DNA of 64,000 bases from a bacterium (GTDB taxonomy: Bacteria; Babelota; Babeliae; Babelales; UASB340). The stretch covers positions 67,932-131,931 of the forward strand of contig DAOVPV010000002.1 in the NCBI GenBank assembly GCA_030629005.1, in the 5' to 3' direction. The position numbers and the translations under genes are program-made. Below the pieces are notes generated by a model. It was not told the origin of the DNA. It did not search any database and saw nothing but the letters and a program-made list of their open reading frames with translations. Shown one piece after another: positions 10,085-18,871 of the stretch (the stretch's first letter is position 1; every line of letters begins with the position of its first letter).

Positions 10085-10644
10085 TCGAGAGATATATTCT
10101 TCTCAGAGTGTTTTTCAGCTAAGAATTTTACAGTTTTTGATATTTCTTGTTTGGAATAATTTAATGAAGTTAGAACTTCTGTTATGTTTTGCCATTGAGT
10201 AAAGTCTTGTTGAGATTCTTCAACTTTTAATTTACCTGTAGATATTAGCTTAGATATTTTATGTTTTAAATGAACTATTATTTGTTCTGCTTTTTTTACT
10301 CCAATACCATTTATTTTACTTAAAGCTTTATCATTTTGTTGACTAATTATTTGTATAAATTCAGAGGTTGGGATTTGAGAGAGTATATTTGTAGCGATAT
10401 TTGGTCCAATTTTTGGACAGTCTATTATTAATAAAAAAATTGTTTTATCTAATTCTGTTGCAAACCCATATATTGTTGGTCCATTTTCTTGGTTCCAATG
10501 CATATGTGTGTATAATTCTATTTCTTGTTTTTCTGAAAAGTTTTGTATTTGCGGTGTAAATATTTCGAAACCTAATCCGTTTACTAATACAGTTAAACTT
10601 TTTTCTTTTATGTTTTTTATTTTTCCAGTTAAGTAATTAATCAT
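10039..10644 (-). CDS. ruvA: Holliday junction branch-migration complex subunit RuvA
   Basis: MINYLTGKI...LTVLVNGLGFEIFTP N-terminal OB-fold signature, then an HhH region (INGIGVKKAEQII). The 3' end overlaps the ddl 3' end by 46 nt (convergent). Confidence 0.85.
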   Translation of the reverse strand: MINYLTGKIKNIKEKSLTVLVNGLGFEIFTPQIQNFSEKQEIELYTHMHWNQENGPTIYGFATELDKTIFLLIIDCPKIGPNIATNILSQIPTSEFIQIISQQNDKALSKINGIGVKKAEQIIVHLKHKISKLISTGKLKVEESQQDFTQWQNITEVLTSLNYSKQEISKTVKFLAEKHSEKNISLDQLIRSALNFLSGNI

Positions 10645-10745
10645 TGATAAAGCTTTTCTTTATTAATTTATTATTTATTGAATTAAATATTTTTGGGCGA
10701 ATACACTCTTTAATAAAACATAATAATTTTATGGAGATATTACAA

Positions 10746-12053
10746 ATGAAAAAAATATTATTTTTACTTTTATTTTTTATAACAACTAACTCTTCTATTT
10801 ATTCAAAAAATAATTGGTCATTTTTAATTTATATGGAAGCAGACAGCCAACTTGCGCCGTGGGTATTAAAAAACTTAACAGATGTTATCAGTGCCAAATT
10901 TGACCGTGAATTTGTGGATATTTTTATTCAGTGCCATATTGTAAAAGATTTTGCTTATAGATATAAAGTTAGCAGTAATTCCTTGGTTTATGACAGTACA
11001 GTTAAATTGACATCAGATAATTCAAAAGATTTGGTTGATGCTTCTGAATGGGCTTTTAAAAATACAAATTATCAGCACTATGGAATTATTTTATGGAATC
11101 ATGGATTTGGTATTTTGGATCCTAATTATATGGAACATAGTTTAGAAGAGTTTAATTGGGAGGCAGAGCCAGATTTAGATAGTTTTGTTTGTCCCGATGG
11201 TTTATGTCCTTTAAAATTTGATTATGGATCAAAAACATTAAATGTTTCTTCCGATAATTTTCATGGGCTAAGTCATAAAGGAACTTTGTTTAGAGAACAT
11301 AATAAAACTTATTTAACAAATCAGGGTATGGTGCAAGCATTTAGATCAATAAAACAAGAAATTCTAAATAATAAAAAGATAGATATTTTAGGAACGGATT
11401 GTTGTAAAATGGCAATGTTGGAAGTGGGATATCAGATAAAAGATTCTGTAAATTATTTTATTGGTTCTCAAAATTGCGAGTTACAAGATGGTTGGAATTA
11501 CAATGATTTTTTTAGTGATTTTATTAAAAATTTAACACCAGAAGAAGTTTGCATTTCTATAGTTGATTCTTATGGACAGTATTATAAAGAGCATACAAGA
11601 GAAGAAGCGTATACACTTTCTGCCTTTGGCTTGAATAATATAGATTTATTGGTGAATAATATTAATAAGTTTGTTGATGTTTATAAAAAGTGTTTAGAAT
11701 ATAATTTTGAATTTTTTAAAAATGTTATAAAAAATGCTCGTTCAAAATCTTTGGCAATTTGCCAAGCGCCATTTTATACAGGTATAGATTCATTTTATAC
11801 CCAATTATTGTTGGAGTTAGATAGCAGTGTTAGTTATTATTATAGATTGAGAGAGTTAAGACAAATTTTAAATACAGGCAAAGAGATTGTAAAAAATATT
11901 GTTGTTGCCAATGTTACGGGAGAAAATAAAACCGAAGCAAAGGGTATATCTTTTTATTTTCCAAATAATCATATAGATAGTTCTTATTTAGAAACTCAAT
12001 TTGCAAAGGATACTTTGTGGATTGAGTTTCTAGAACAAGTTACAGCGGTGTAA
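10746..12053 (+). CDS. Secreted clostripain-like cysteine peptidase (C11-family-like)
   Basis: Signal peptide MKKILFLLLFFITTNSSIYS follows a GGAGA Shine-Dalgarno. WSFLIYMEADSQL, ILWNHGFG (candidate catalytic His) and LGTDCCKMAMLEV (candidate catalytic Cys) resemble the C11 His/Cys dyad context. The ORF-track start at 10644 is probably over-extended. Confidence 0.55.
   Translation: MKKILFLLLFFITTNSSIYSKNNWSFLIYMEADSQLAPWVLKNLTDVISAKFDREFVDIFIQCHIVKDFAYRYKVSSNSLVYDSTVKLTSDNSKDLVDASEWAFKNTNYQHYGIILWNHGFGILDPNYMEHSLEEFNWEAEPDLDSFVCPDGLCPLKFDYGSKTLNVSSDNFHGLSHKGTLFREHNKTYLTNQGMVQAFRSIKQEILNNKKIDILGTDCCKMAMLEVGYQIKDSVNYFIGSQNCELQDGWNYNDFFSDFIKNLTPEEVCISIVDSYGQYYKEHTREEAYTLSAFGLNNIDLLVNNINKFVDVYKKCLEYNFEFFKNVIKNARSKSLAICQAPFYTGIDSFYTQLLLELDSSVSYYYRLRELRQILNTGKEIVKNIVVANVTGENKTEAKGISFYFPNNHIDSSYLETQFAKDTLWIEFLEQVTAV
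11234..11255 (-). repeat. Dispersed motif copy 1 (exact), inside the C11-peptidase-like ORF
   Basis: AACATTAAATGTTTCTTCCGAT on the + strand, read in frame as TLNVSSD. The exact identity to copy 2 extends to 30 bp (to 11263). Confidence 0.9.
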
Positions 12054-12067
12054 AGTAAAAATTTGTA

Positions 12068-12664
12068 TTATAAATCGAACAGGACTCGTTTTTTAAGTTC
12101 TGGGCTTGTTAGTGTTATTTTGAGGTTGTCAGATGTATAATTTTCGTTAGGAATAAACATTACCTTATTTATAACACCATAAGGTCTGATTTTTATAACC
12201 TCATCAAGCCTGACTGTTTTTTCTCTAAAATCAGTGTTTATATTTCGGTTTGCTTCATAAGATGAAACACCTTCGATTGTTGCCCAAAGAGGACCGCCTA
12301 TAAAGAAATATTTTGCAGTTTTCCAACCGACATCTCGGTGTAATTTTCTTGCAACACTTGTTGATGGTTCTAATGGAGCTTGAATATCGTTTGGGTTTAG
12401 ATAATAAGTTTTGTTGCTTTTGTTTTTTACATAAATTTGAACAGGTGTATATCCACGTTCTATTATTTTTCTACCACCAAATATTTTACGAGCTTCTTCT
12501 TCTGTAAGAGTTTTTTTTGCAACAACTAGATTATCTTTTTCGTGAGTAGGTGCTTGTGGTGGGTACAGTTTTTTCGCTTTATATCTAGCACAGTTTGGTA
12601 GGATTGCTAACGCTACCAAGGTGAGTAATATTGATATATTTTTTTTAATTATATTTTTATTCAT
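12068..12664 (-). CDS. Hypothetical lipoprotein
   Basis: Signal peptide with lipobox-like LAILPNC. AAGGA Shine-Dalgarno. Motif copy 2 lies 9 nt upstream of the ATG. Confidence 0.5.
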   Translation of the reverse strand: MNKNIIKKNISILLTLVALAILPNCARYKAKKLYPPQAPTHEKDNLVVAKKTLTEEEARKIFGGRKIIERGYTPVQIYVKNKSNKTYYLNPNDIQAPLEPSTSVARKLHRDVGWKTAKYFFIGGPLWATIEGVSSYEANRNINTDFREKTVRLDEVIKIRPYGVINKVMFIPNENYTSDNLKITLTSPELKKRVLFDL

Positions 12665-12673
12665 GATTTCCTT

Positions 12674-12695
12674 AACATTAAATGTTTCTTCCGAT
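12674..12695 (-). repeat. Dispersed motif copy 2 (exact), 5' leader of lipoprotein gene 12068..12664
   Basis: The minus strand reads ATCGGAAGAAACATTTAATGTT-AAGGAAATC-ATG. Confidence 0.9.
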
Positions 12696-12809
12696 AATTT
12701 TCAACTGTATTGTTGCCATTTGTTTAATATTTTGGGTAGTATACTATACTAAAAAATATTGTAATACTAATTTATAGTAATATTTTTAAGTTTATAAGAT
12801 AGTTAAATT

Positions 12810-13802
12810 ATGAAAAAAATAATCATACCTTTTATTTGTTTTAGCCTATTGAATTCAAATGCTGTTTTGTGCTCTTCTACTTCGAGAAAAATTAAGGGTT
12901 TTTTTGGTGGCGGTATAATTGGTTTCGTATTTCGCGGAATAAGCCATAAATCCACGAGAAATCAGGATAATATACAAACTAAAACATTGCAACTGGATGG
13001 GCGATCTGTTTTTCTTAAAAATATGCCGGATGATATACAGGGTGTAAAATTTGATGATATTGCTGGTATAGATGATGTTATAGAAGAAGTTAAGACTGTT
13101 GTGGATTTTGTGAAAAATCCTGCAAAATATAAGGCCCTGGGTGCAAAATTTCCTAAAGGAATATTGCTGCAAGGTCCTCCTGGGAACGGCAAAACGCTTT
13201 TAGCTAGAGCAATAGCTAATGAATCGGGACTTAATTTCTTTTATGAGTCAGCTTCTTCATTTGTAGAGTTATATGTTGGTGTTGGAGCCAAAAGAATTAG
13301 AGATTTTTTTGAAAAAGCTAGAAATCATAAACCTTCTATTGTTTTTATAGATGAAATTGATGCTATTGGTGCTGCAAATAGAGGCGCTGGTGGAAACGAA
13401 GAATATAGACAAACTTTGAATGAACTTTTGTGTCAGCTTGATGGATTTAGCAAGGATGATTCTGTTATTGTTATAGCTGCTACAAATAATTCTGATGCGC
13501 TGGATCCGGCTTTGAAACGTCCTGGAAGATTTACAAAAATTATAGAAGTACCATTGCCAGACATGTCAGCAAGGTTTGAAATTTTTAATTTTTATATTAA
13601 TAAGTTGCCAAATGTCAAAATAAATAGAGATGTTTTTGATCAAATTGTTGCCAATACAAAAGGGTTTTCTGCTGCAGAATTAGAAAATCTTGTAAATGAG
13701 TCTGCTTTATATGCAGTTAGTCGCGGTGCTAGTATGATAACAGATGAGCATTTCGCTTTTGGTTATAAAAAAAGCGTTGAGCGTTTATTTAAAAATAATT
13801 AA
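12810..13802 (+). CDS. FtsH-like AAA+ ATPase module without an M41 protease domain
   Basis: GILLQGPPGNGKTLLARAIA (Walker A), IVFIDEIDAIG (Walker B) and ATNNSDALDPALKRPGRF (SRH) are FtsH-type. The ORF stops after the AAA lid at 330 aa, with no HExxH region. N-terminal signal/TM segment present. Confidence 0.8.
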   Translation: MKKIIIPFICFSLLNSNAVLCSSTSRKIKGFFGGGIIGFVFRGISHKSTRNQDNIQTKTLQLDGRSVFLKNMPDDIQGVKFDDIAGIDDVIEEVKTVVDFVKNPAKYKALGAKFPKGILLQGPPGNGKTLLARAIANESGLNFFYESASSFVELYVGVGAKRIRDFFEKARNHKPSIVFIDEIDAIGAANRGAGGNEEYRQTLNELLCQLDGFSKDDSVIVIAATNNSDALDPALKRPGRFTKIIEVPLPDMSARFEIFNFYINKLPNVKINRDVFDQIVANTKGFSAAELENLVNESALYAVSRGASMITDEHFAFGYKKSVERLFKNN

Positions 13803-13810
13803 TTAAATAT

Positions 13811-15283
13811 TTATTTTAAATGCTTTTTTAGTAGTTCTTGTAAAATCTTAGGATTGGCTTTTCCTTGAGTTTTTTTCATAGCTTGACCGATAAAGAATCC
13901 AAATAATCGATCTTTACCAGATAAATACGCGTCCACTTCTTTAGGATGAGCTTTTACAATATCAACAATTATTTTTTCAAGCTCTTTTGTATTTTCGATT
14001 TGCCCAAGATTTTTATCTTTTATTATAGAATTTGGTGATTTCCCAGTTGTTGCAGTTTCTAAGAAGACTTCTTGTGCTATCGAGCTATTTATTTTTTTTG
14101 TTTCTACAGCGAGAACTAGTTCAGCAAAATTTTGAACTGTTATGTTTGATTTTTCTAGATTAAGATTGTTTTCATTTAAAAAACCAAGGACATTTCTTAA
14201 AAACCAATTTGCTGTTTTTTGCGGTTTGTTTGTTATTTTACACGTATTTTCAAAAAATTCGGCAAAGATTATTTCACTGCTTAGTATTTCTGCTTCATAA
14301 CTTGATAAATTATATTCAGTTTTAAATCTCTTTATTTTTTTATGAGGGAGTTCTGGTAGATTTAATTTTATTTTGTTAAGCCATTCATTATCAATTAAAA
14401 TTATAGGTAAGTCAGGTTCTTTAAAATATTTATAATCTGCGGCTTCTTCTTTTGAACGCATTACAAATGATTTATTTTCTTTAGAATTCCAACCTCTTGT
14501 TTCTTGATTTATTTTTTCTCCATTTTTAATAGCTTTTATTTGTCTTTCTATTTCATATTCAATTGCATTCACTATAAATTTAAATGAGTTAATATTTTTT
14601 AGCTCTACCCTTGTTCCTAAAGCCGTTTCGTCGCTTCTTCTAACTGATATATTAACATCGCCACGGAAAGACCCTTCTTCCATATTAGCTTCACTAATAC
14701 CGAGATATTGAACAATTGACTTTAGTCTTGTTAAATATAATTTTGCTTCGCTACTATTAGATATATCGGGAAAACTTACGATTTCTATTAATGGTGTCCC
14801 TGCTCTGTTAAGGTCGACAAAGCTTTCATTATCTTTTCCATGTATGTTTTTTCCGGCATCTTCTTCTATATGTATTCTTGTTAAACGAATGTTTTTGTTA
14901 ATATTATCTGGTAGTTCTATTGGTATATGCCCGTTTGTACAAATTGGAGCTTGATCTTGTGTTATTTGGAAATTTTTAGGTAAATCCGGATACATGTAAT
15001 GTTTACGATCGAACCAGCTTTTTTTTGTAATTTTACAGTTTGTTGCAAGTCCTGCCATGATTGCAAAGTCAACAACCTTTTTGTTCAGTGTAGGTAAAAC
15101 TCCTGGGTATCCAGAGCAGATTGGACATATGTTCTGATTTGGTTTTTCTCCAAAAACATTTGGGCAAGAACAAAATATTTTTGATTTTGTTTTTAATTGA
15201 ACATGAATTTCTATTCCGATGTTTGCTTTAAAGTCTGGGAATTTATCCAAAATATTTTTTATTTTTTGTGTCATAATTAACAT
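13811..15283 (-). CDS. gatB: Asp-tRNA(Asn)/Glu-tRNA(Gln) amidotransferase subunit B
   Basis: IGIEIHVQLKT.SKIFCSC, CPICSGYPGVLP and RIHIEEDAGK are typical GatB motifs. The start may be the ATG at 15274. Confidence 0.9.
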   Translation of the reverse strand: MLIMTQKIKNILDKFPDFKANIGIEIHVQLKTKSKIFCSCPNVFGEKPNQNICPICSGYPGVLPTLNKKVVDFAIMAGLATNCKITKKSWFDRKHYMYPDLPKNFQITQDQAPICTNGHIPIELPDNINKNIRLTRIHIEEDAGKNIHGKDNESFVDLNRAGTPLIEIVSFPDISNSSEAKLYLTRLKSIVQYLGISEANMEEGSFRGDVNISVRRSDETALGTRVELKNINSFKFIVNAIEYEIERQIKAIKNGEKINQETRGWNSKENKSFVMRSKEEAADYKYFKEPDLPIILIDNEWLNKIKLNLPELPHKKIKRFKTEYNLSSYEAEILSSEIIFAEFFENTCKITNKPQKTANWFLRNVLGFLNENNLNLEKSNITVQNFAELVLAVETKKINSSIAQEVFLETATTGKSPNSIIKDKNLGQIENTKELEKIIVDIVKAHPKEVDAYLSGKDRLFGFFIGQAMKKTQGKANPKILQELLKKHLK

Positions 15284-15319
15284 TCGTTTTTTGTTTTTAG
15301 TTACAACGTATTCGTTTAG

Positions 15320-16834
15320 CTATTTAACGACTTCTATTTTATATTGATTTGCCTGTAGACTTTTGCTTCCTTCTAAAACGATCTTGCATCGGAGAGATTT
15401 TTCTAGTTCTATAATTGATTTAAATTCATTGTGAATTAGATAATTAAAAATTGATTCAGGAACAATTAGTGATATGTTCCTTTTTGTTTTTGCTTTTAAT
15501 ATATCGTTTTTGCAGTTTGCTAAGATTTCAAAGCTTCGTGCTTGTATAGATTTTGTAACCCCATATCCATTGCAACATTGACAAACGTTTGTTAATTGTT
15601 GAGAAAGAGTTTTTCCAGAACGTTTTCTTGTCATCTGGATTAAACCAAATTCAGAAACTTTTAATAGGACAGATTGATATTTGTCATTTTCTTTTAAGGT
15701 TTTTTCGAACAATTTAGAAAGCTTTTGTTTATTGGCAGAACTTGCCATATCTATAAAGTCTATAACAATAAGACCTCCAATATTTCTTAATCTTAATTGT
15801 CTAACTATTTCTTCTGCTGCCTCTAGATTTGTTTTTAAAATTGTATCTTCAAGATTATCTTTTCCTATAAATTTACCAGTGTTTACGTCTATTACTGTCA
15901 TTGCTTCTGTTGTTTCTATGATTAATGTTCCACCAGATTTCAGGGAAACTTTCTGTGATAGAGCTTTCTCTATTTGTTTATCTATTTCGTATTTTTCAAA
16001 AAGCTCTGGTGGACCTTGATATAATTTAATCTTATCTATGTGTTCTGGCACGAAGTTTTGTACAAATTTTTGGATTGAGTTTTTTTCGTATTTATCATCT
16101 ACGTATAAAGCTTCAACATCTTCATCAAAATGTTCTCTTATTGCTCGAAGAGTTAATCTGAGGTCTTCGTGTATTTTTTCTCCAATTTTGGCTTGATCTA
16201 ATTTCTTTAAAATTGATTTCCAAGAAGACACTAAGAATGATATATCTTTTTTTAAGTCCTTAGCCTTTCGTCCTTCCATTGTTGTTCTAATTATGGCCCC
16301 CATATTTTTAGGTAAACATTTTAAAAGAATTTCTTTGAGGCGAGCACGTTCTTCTCGGTCGCCTATTTTTTTAGAGATACCTATTTGAGGGATATTGGGC
16401 ATTAGCACGACAAATTTTCCGGGTAGGGTAAAACAGGTTGTTAATTTTGCACCTTTTTCATATATAGGTTCTTTTATAACCTGTACTAAAATTTCTTCAC
16501 CTTGTGTAAAAATTTTTTCTATGCTTATAGCCTTTTTAATTTTTTTGTTTATTATGTTTTGTTCAAAATCATCAACATGTAAAAATTCGGCAGTTTTTTC
16601 TGTAGCTAAAGCTCTGTCTATTTCTGAAATGTGTAAAAATCCGGCTTTTTTTTGTCCGATATCTACAAATGCAGTTTGTATTCCTGGTAGAATTTTAGAA
16701 ACTTTGCCTTTAAAGAAACATTTTTCCAATTCTTCTTTGGAATGTGTATCAAAATAAATATCTTGCAATTTATCGTTGCGTAATACCGCGACACGAGTTT
16801 GCCAAACATTTTTGTTTATTAAAATTTTTTTCAA
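15320..16834 (-). CDS. rng: Ribonuclease G/E family endoribonuclease
   Basis: S1 domain (GKVSKILPGIQTAFVDIGQKKAGFLHISE), the DNase-I-like region (IIETTEAMTVIDVNTGKF) and a CxxC zinc link (CQCCNGYG). Confidence 0.85.
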   Translation of the reverse strand: MKKILINKNVWQTRVAVLRNDKLQDIYFDTHSKEELEKCFFKGKVSKILPGIQTAFVDIGQKKAGFLHISEIDRALATEKTAEFLHVDDFEQNIINKKIKKAISIEKIFTQGEEILVQVIKEPIYEKGAKLTTCFTLPGKFVVLMPNIPQIGISKKIGDREERARLKEILLKCLPKNMGAIIRTTMEGRKAKDLKKDISFLVSSWKSILKKLDQAKIGEKIHEDLRLTLRAIREHFDEDVEALYVDDKYEKNSIQKFVQNFVPEHIDKIKLYQGPPELFEKYEIDKQIEKALSQKVSLKSGGTLIIETTEAMTVIDVNTGKFIGKDNLEDTILKTNLEAAEEIVRQLRLRNIGGLIVIDFIDMASSANKQKLSKLFEKTLKENDKYQSVLLKVSEFGLIQMTRKRSGKTLSQQLTNVCQCCNGYGVTKSIQARSFEILANCKNDILKAKTKRNISLIVPESIFNYLIHNEFKSIIELEKSLRCKIVLEGSKSLQANQYKIEVVK

Positions 16835-17035
16835 GCTATACTCCGTATATTGTTTGATTAATATGCTTATAATTTTTTATAATTTAAAGTTTAAATTATA
16901 GTTTATTAAATATTAATTATAAATATAATTATAAACAATATTCGTAATAATTAGTAGGAAAATAGAATAAATTATGTTAAGGTTTACCCTCTCGGGTGGT
17001 TTTGTTGTACTTTTTCACTTAGTGAAAGGAGTTTT

Positions 17036-17746
17036 ATGTTTAAAATTCGTGATCTTACAGTTTCTTGCGTGCTTGTTTTGGCTCTTTTACTATCAGGTTG
17101 TGGTAAAAAGAAAAATAAGAGTATAGAACAAAAGAAAGTTGCCCTTCGGTCTGATGATTCAAATATGATGTTAGCTTCACCTCATATACCTATTGCGGAA
17201 GAAGAAATAGATGTAGATGAATTTTTTATAGATGATATTGCAGAGTTTGCATTTGCAGGTGAAGATGATCTTGATAGTGAAGAAACATATAAATTTTCAG
17301 AAATGGATGCAGACGATTCTTTATTTAATGAAAATAATATAGAAGAAGATGAAAGTTTATTTGTTGCTTGGGATGAAGAAGTCGTTCAAGATTTAAATTT
17401 CCAAACAGTTCATTTTGATTTAAATAAAAATGAAATTAGAAATGATCAGTTAGAGTTTGTTAAACAAGATATTGATGCTGCAAAAAATGCTATAGCTGAT
17501 GGAAAATCTATAGTTGTTCAAGGGCATGCTTGTCAGATGGGTCCTCCAAGCTATAACTTATCTCTTTCAGAAAGAAGAGCTGATGTTATTAGAAAAGAGA
17601 TGGTTAAAAACGGAATACCAGAAGAGAAGGTTAAAATTATAGGTTGTGGTCAGGAAATTCCGGTTGTTTGGAGCGAGGAAATAGATAAACAAAAGCTTAT
17701 TAAAGAACTTGAACCAAATAGACGAGTAGAAATAACTGTTAGTTAA
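17036..17746 (+). CDS. pal: OmpA-domain peptidoglycan-associated lipoprotein (Pal-like)
   Basis: Lipobox LLLSGCG, an acidic linker, then an OmpA_C-like domain (VHFDLNKNEIR, GHACQMGPPSYNLSLSERRA, NRRVEITV). Confidence 0.8.
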   Translation: MFKIRDLTVSCVLVLALLLSGCGKKKNKSIEQKKVALRSDDSNMMLASPHIPIAEEEIDVDEFFIDDIAEFAFAGEDDLDSEETYKFSEMDADDSLFNENNIEEDESLFVAWDEEVVQDLNFQTVHFDLNKNEIRNDQLEFVKQDIDAAKNAIADGKSIVVQGHACQMGPPSYNLSLSERRADVIRKEMVKNGIPEEKVKIIGCGQEIPVVWSEEIDKQKLIKELEPNRRVEITVS

Positions 17747-17771
17747 TTTTGTGTTAATTTTGCATACTAAG

Positions 17772-17805
17772 AAAAAGGGATCTAAATTTAGATCCCTTTT
17801 TTTAG
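17772..17805 (+). terminator. Rho-independent terminator after pal
   Basis: AAAAAGGGATCTAAA/TTTAGATCCCTTTTT perfect inverted repeat followed by a T-run, 26 nt after the stop. Confidence 0.7.
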
Positions 17806-17867
17806 TATTATGATAAGTAAAAAAGAGTGTTTGTTATAAAAGTTAAATTTTTTTACGGAGAGATAAT

Positions 17868-18773
17868 ATGAATTTTAAAAAGTATTTGTTGATTGGAGGC
17901 GTTTTATTAGCTTATAGCAATTCTGTTTTTGCAATGACGACTTCTGAGGAGTTAAGTAGCTATGTAACTGATTCTGATAGCTATGTAATTGATTCTGATA
18001 GCTCAGAAGATGAATCTTTTGATTTAAGAGAAGGTCTTAAAGAATTAAGAGATGAAGAAAGAACGTGTCTTAAAAAGGCTAAGGCCGATTTGTTAAAAAA
18101 ATTGGAATGTGAGATTAAAAATATCAGAAAAATTAATATTAGTAGCTTTCGCGATGATAAAAAATTTAATTATTGTTGCCGTGCAATTAAACGATCTATT
18201 CTTTTATTTAAACATTCTCTAACATTAAATGTTTCTTCCTATTCAACAAGAGTAGAAATAGATAAAGACAAGAAATCTCTTGGAAAACTTTGTTTAGATT
18301 TGTTTTCTTTTATAATTAAAATAAACGAGAGTTATGCAAAGAATGCGGTTGAAGAGCAAAAAGATTTGATTGAAGATTTAATGAATGATTTTTTAAACGG
18401 CGATCTTCTTATGCAAGTATATGGATTACAATTATTATATTGTTTATTAAAAGTTGATCAATCTTATTATACGAATTTTTTTACAAAAAAATTAATTGAG
18501 GAAAAGAGTTTCTTTAAATTATTTTTAATTTCTAGAGGAATAAATTTAACATCGGAAAGAAAAAAAATTAATCTTATATGCTCTAGGTTTTATCGTGCAG
18601 TTATGTTGTTTGAAGTTTTAGATGAAAGTGTGTTTTCTGAGTATTGTGACTTTGCACGTAAAGGCTTAGATTTTTGGGGTGAAAAACTAGAAGAAAAAGG
18701 TGCGGTTGATTTTGATGAGCGCAAAAATCGTAGGGAAAAATTGGAATATATTTTAGGAAGAGTTGAATTGTAA
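17868..18773 (+). CDS. Hypothetical secreted protein
   Basis: Signal peptide MNFKKYLLIGGVLLAYSNSVFA. GGAGAG Shine-Dalgarno. Contains a 21-bp tandem duplication (17958-17999) and motif copy 3. Confidence 0.45.
   Translation: MNFKKYLLIGGVLLAYSNSVFAMTTSEELSSYVTDSDSYVIDSDSSEDESFDLREGLKELRDEERTCLKKAKADLLKKLECEIKNIRKINISSFRDDKKFNYCCRAIKRSILLFKHSLTLNVSSYSTRVEIDKDKKSLGKLCLDLFSFIIKINESYAKNAVEEQKDLIEDLMNDFLNGDLLMQVYGLQLLYCLLKVDQSYYTNFFTKKLIEEKSFFKLFLISRGINLTSERKKINLICSRFYRAVMLFEVLDESVFSEYCDFARKGLDFWGEKLEEKGAVDFDERKNRREKLEYILGRVEL
18221..18241 (-). repeat. Dispersed motif copy 3 (one mismatch), inside ORF 17868..18773
   Basis: AACATTAAATGTTTCTTCCTA, read in frame as TLNVSSY. Confidence 0.85.
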
Positions 18774-18802
18774 AATTACTTTATTTGTTGTTTTGATTTT
18801 TT

Positions 18803-18871
18803 AAAAATTCCTTCTTTTACTATAGATGAAATGTTTCTTGCAATTCTTCTATAGTAAAAGAAGGAATTTTT
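18803..18871. terminator. Perfect 22-bp inverted repeat between convergent genes (probable bidirectional terminator)
   Basis: AAAAATTCCTTCTTTTACTATA (18803-18824) and its exact reverse complement (18850-18871), with a 25-nt loop. The right arm lies in the last codons of the antiporter gene. T-runs on both sides. Confidence 0.6.

Noticed and set aside
10644-10745. N-terminal extension of the peptidase ORF (start at 10644)
   Set aside because: The extension starts at a non-ATG codon abutting ruvA and has no Shine-Dalgarno. The internal ATG 10746 has a GGAGA Shine-Dalgarno and yields a clean signal peptide.
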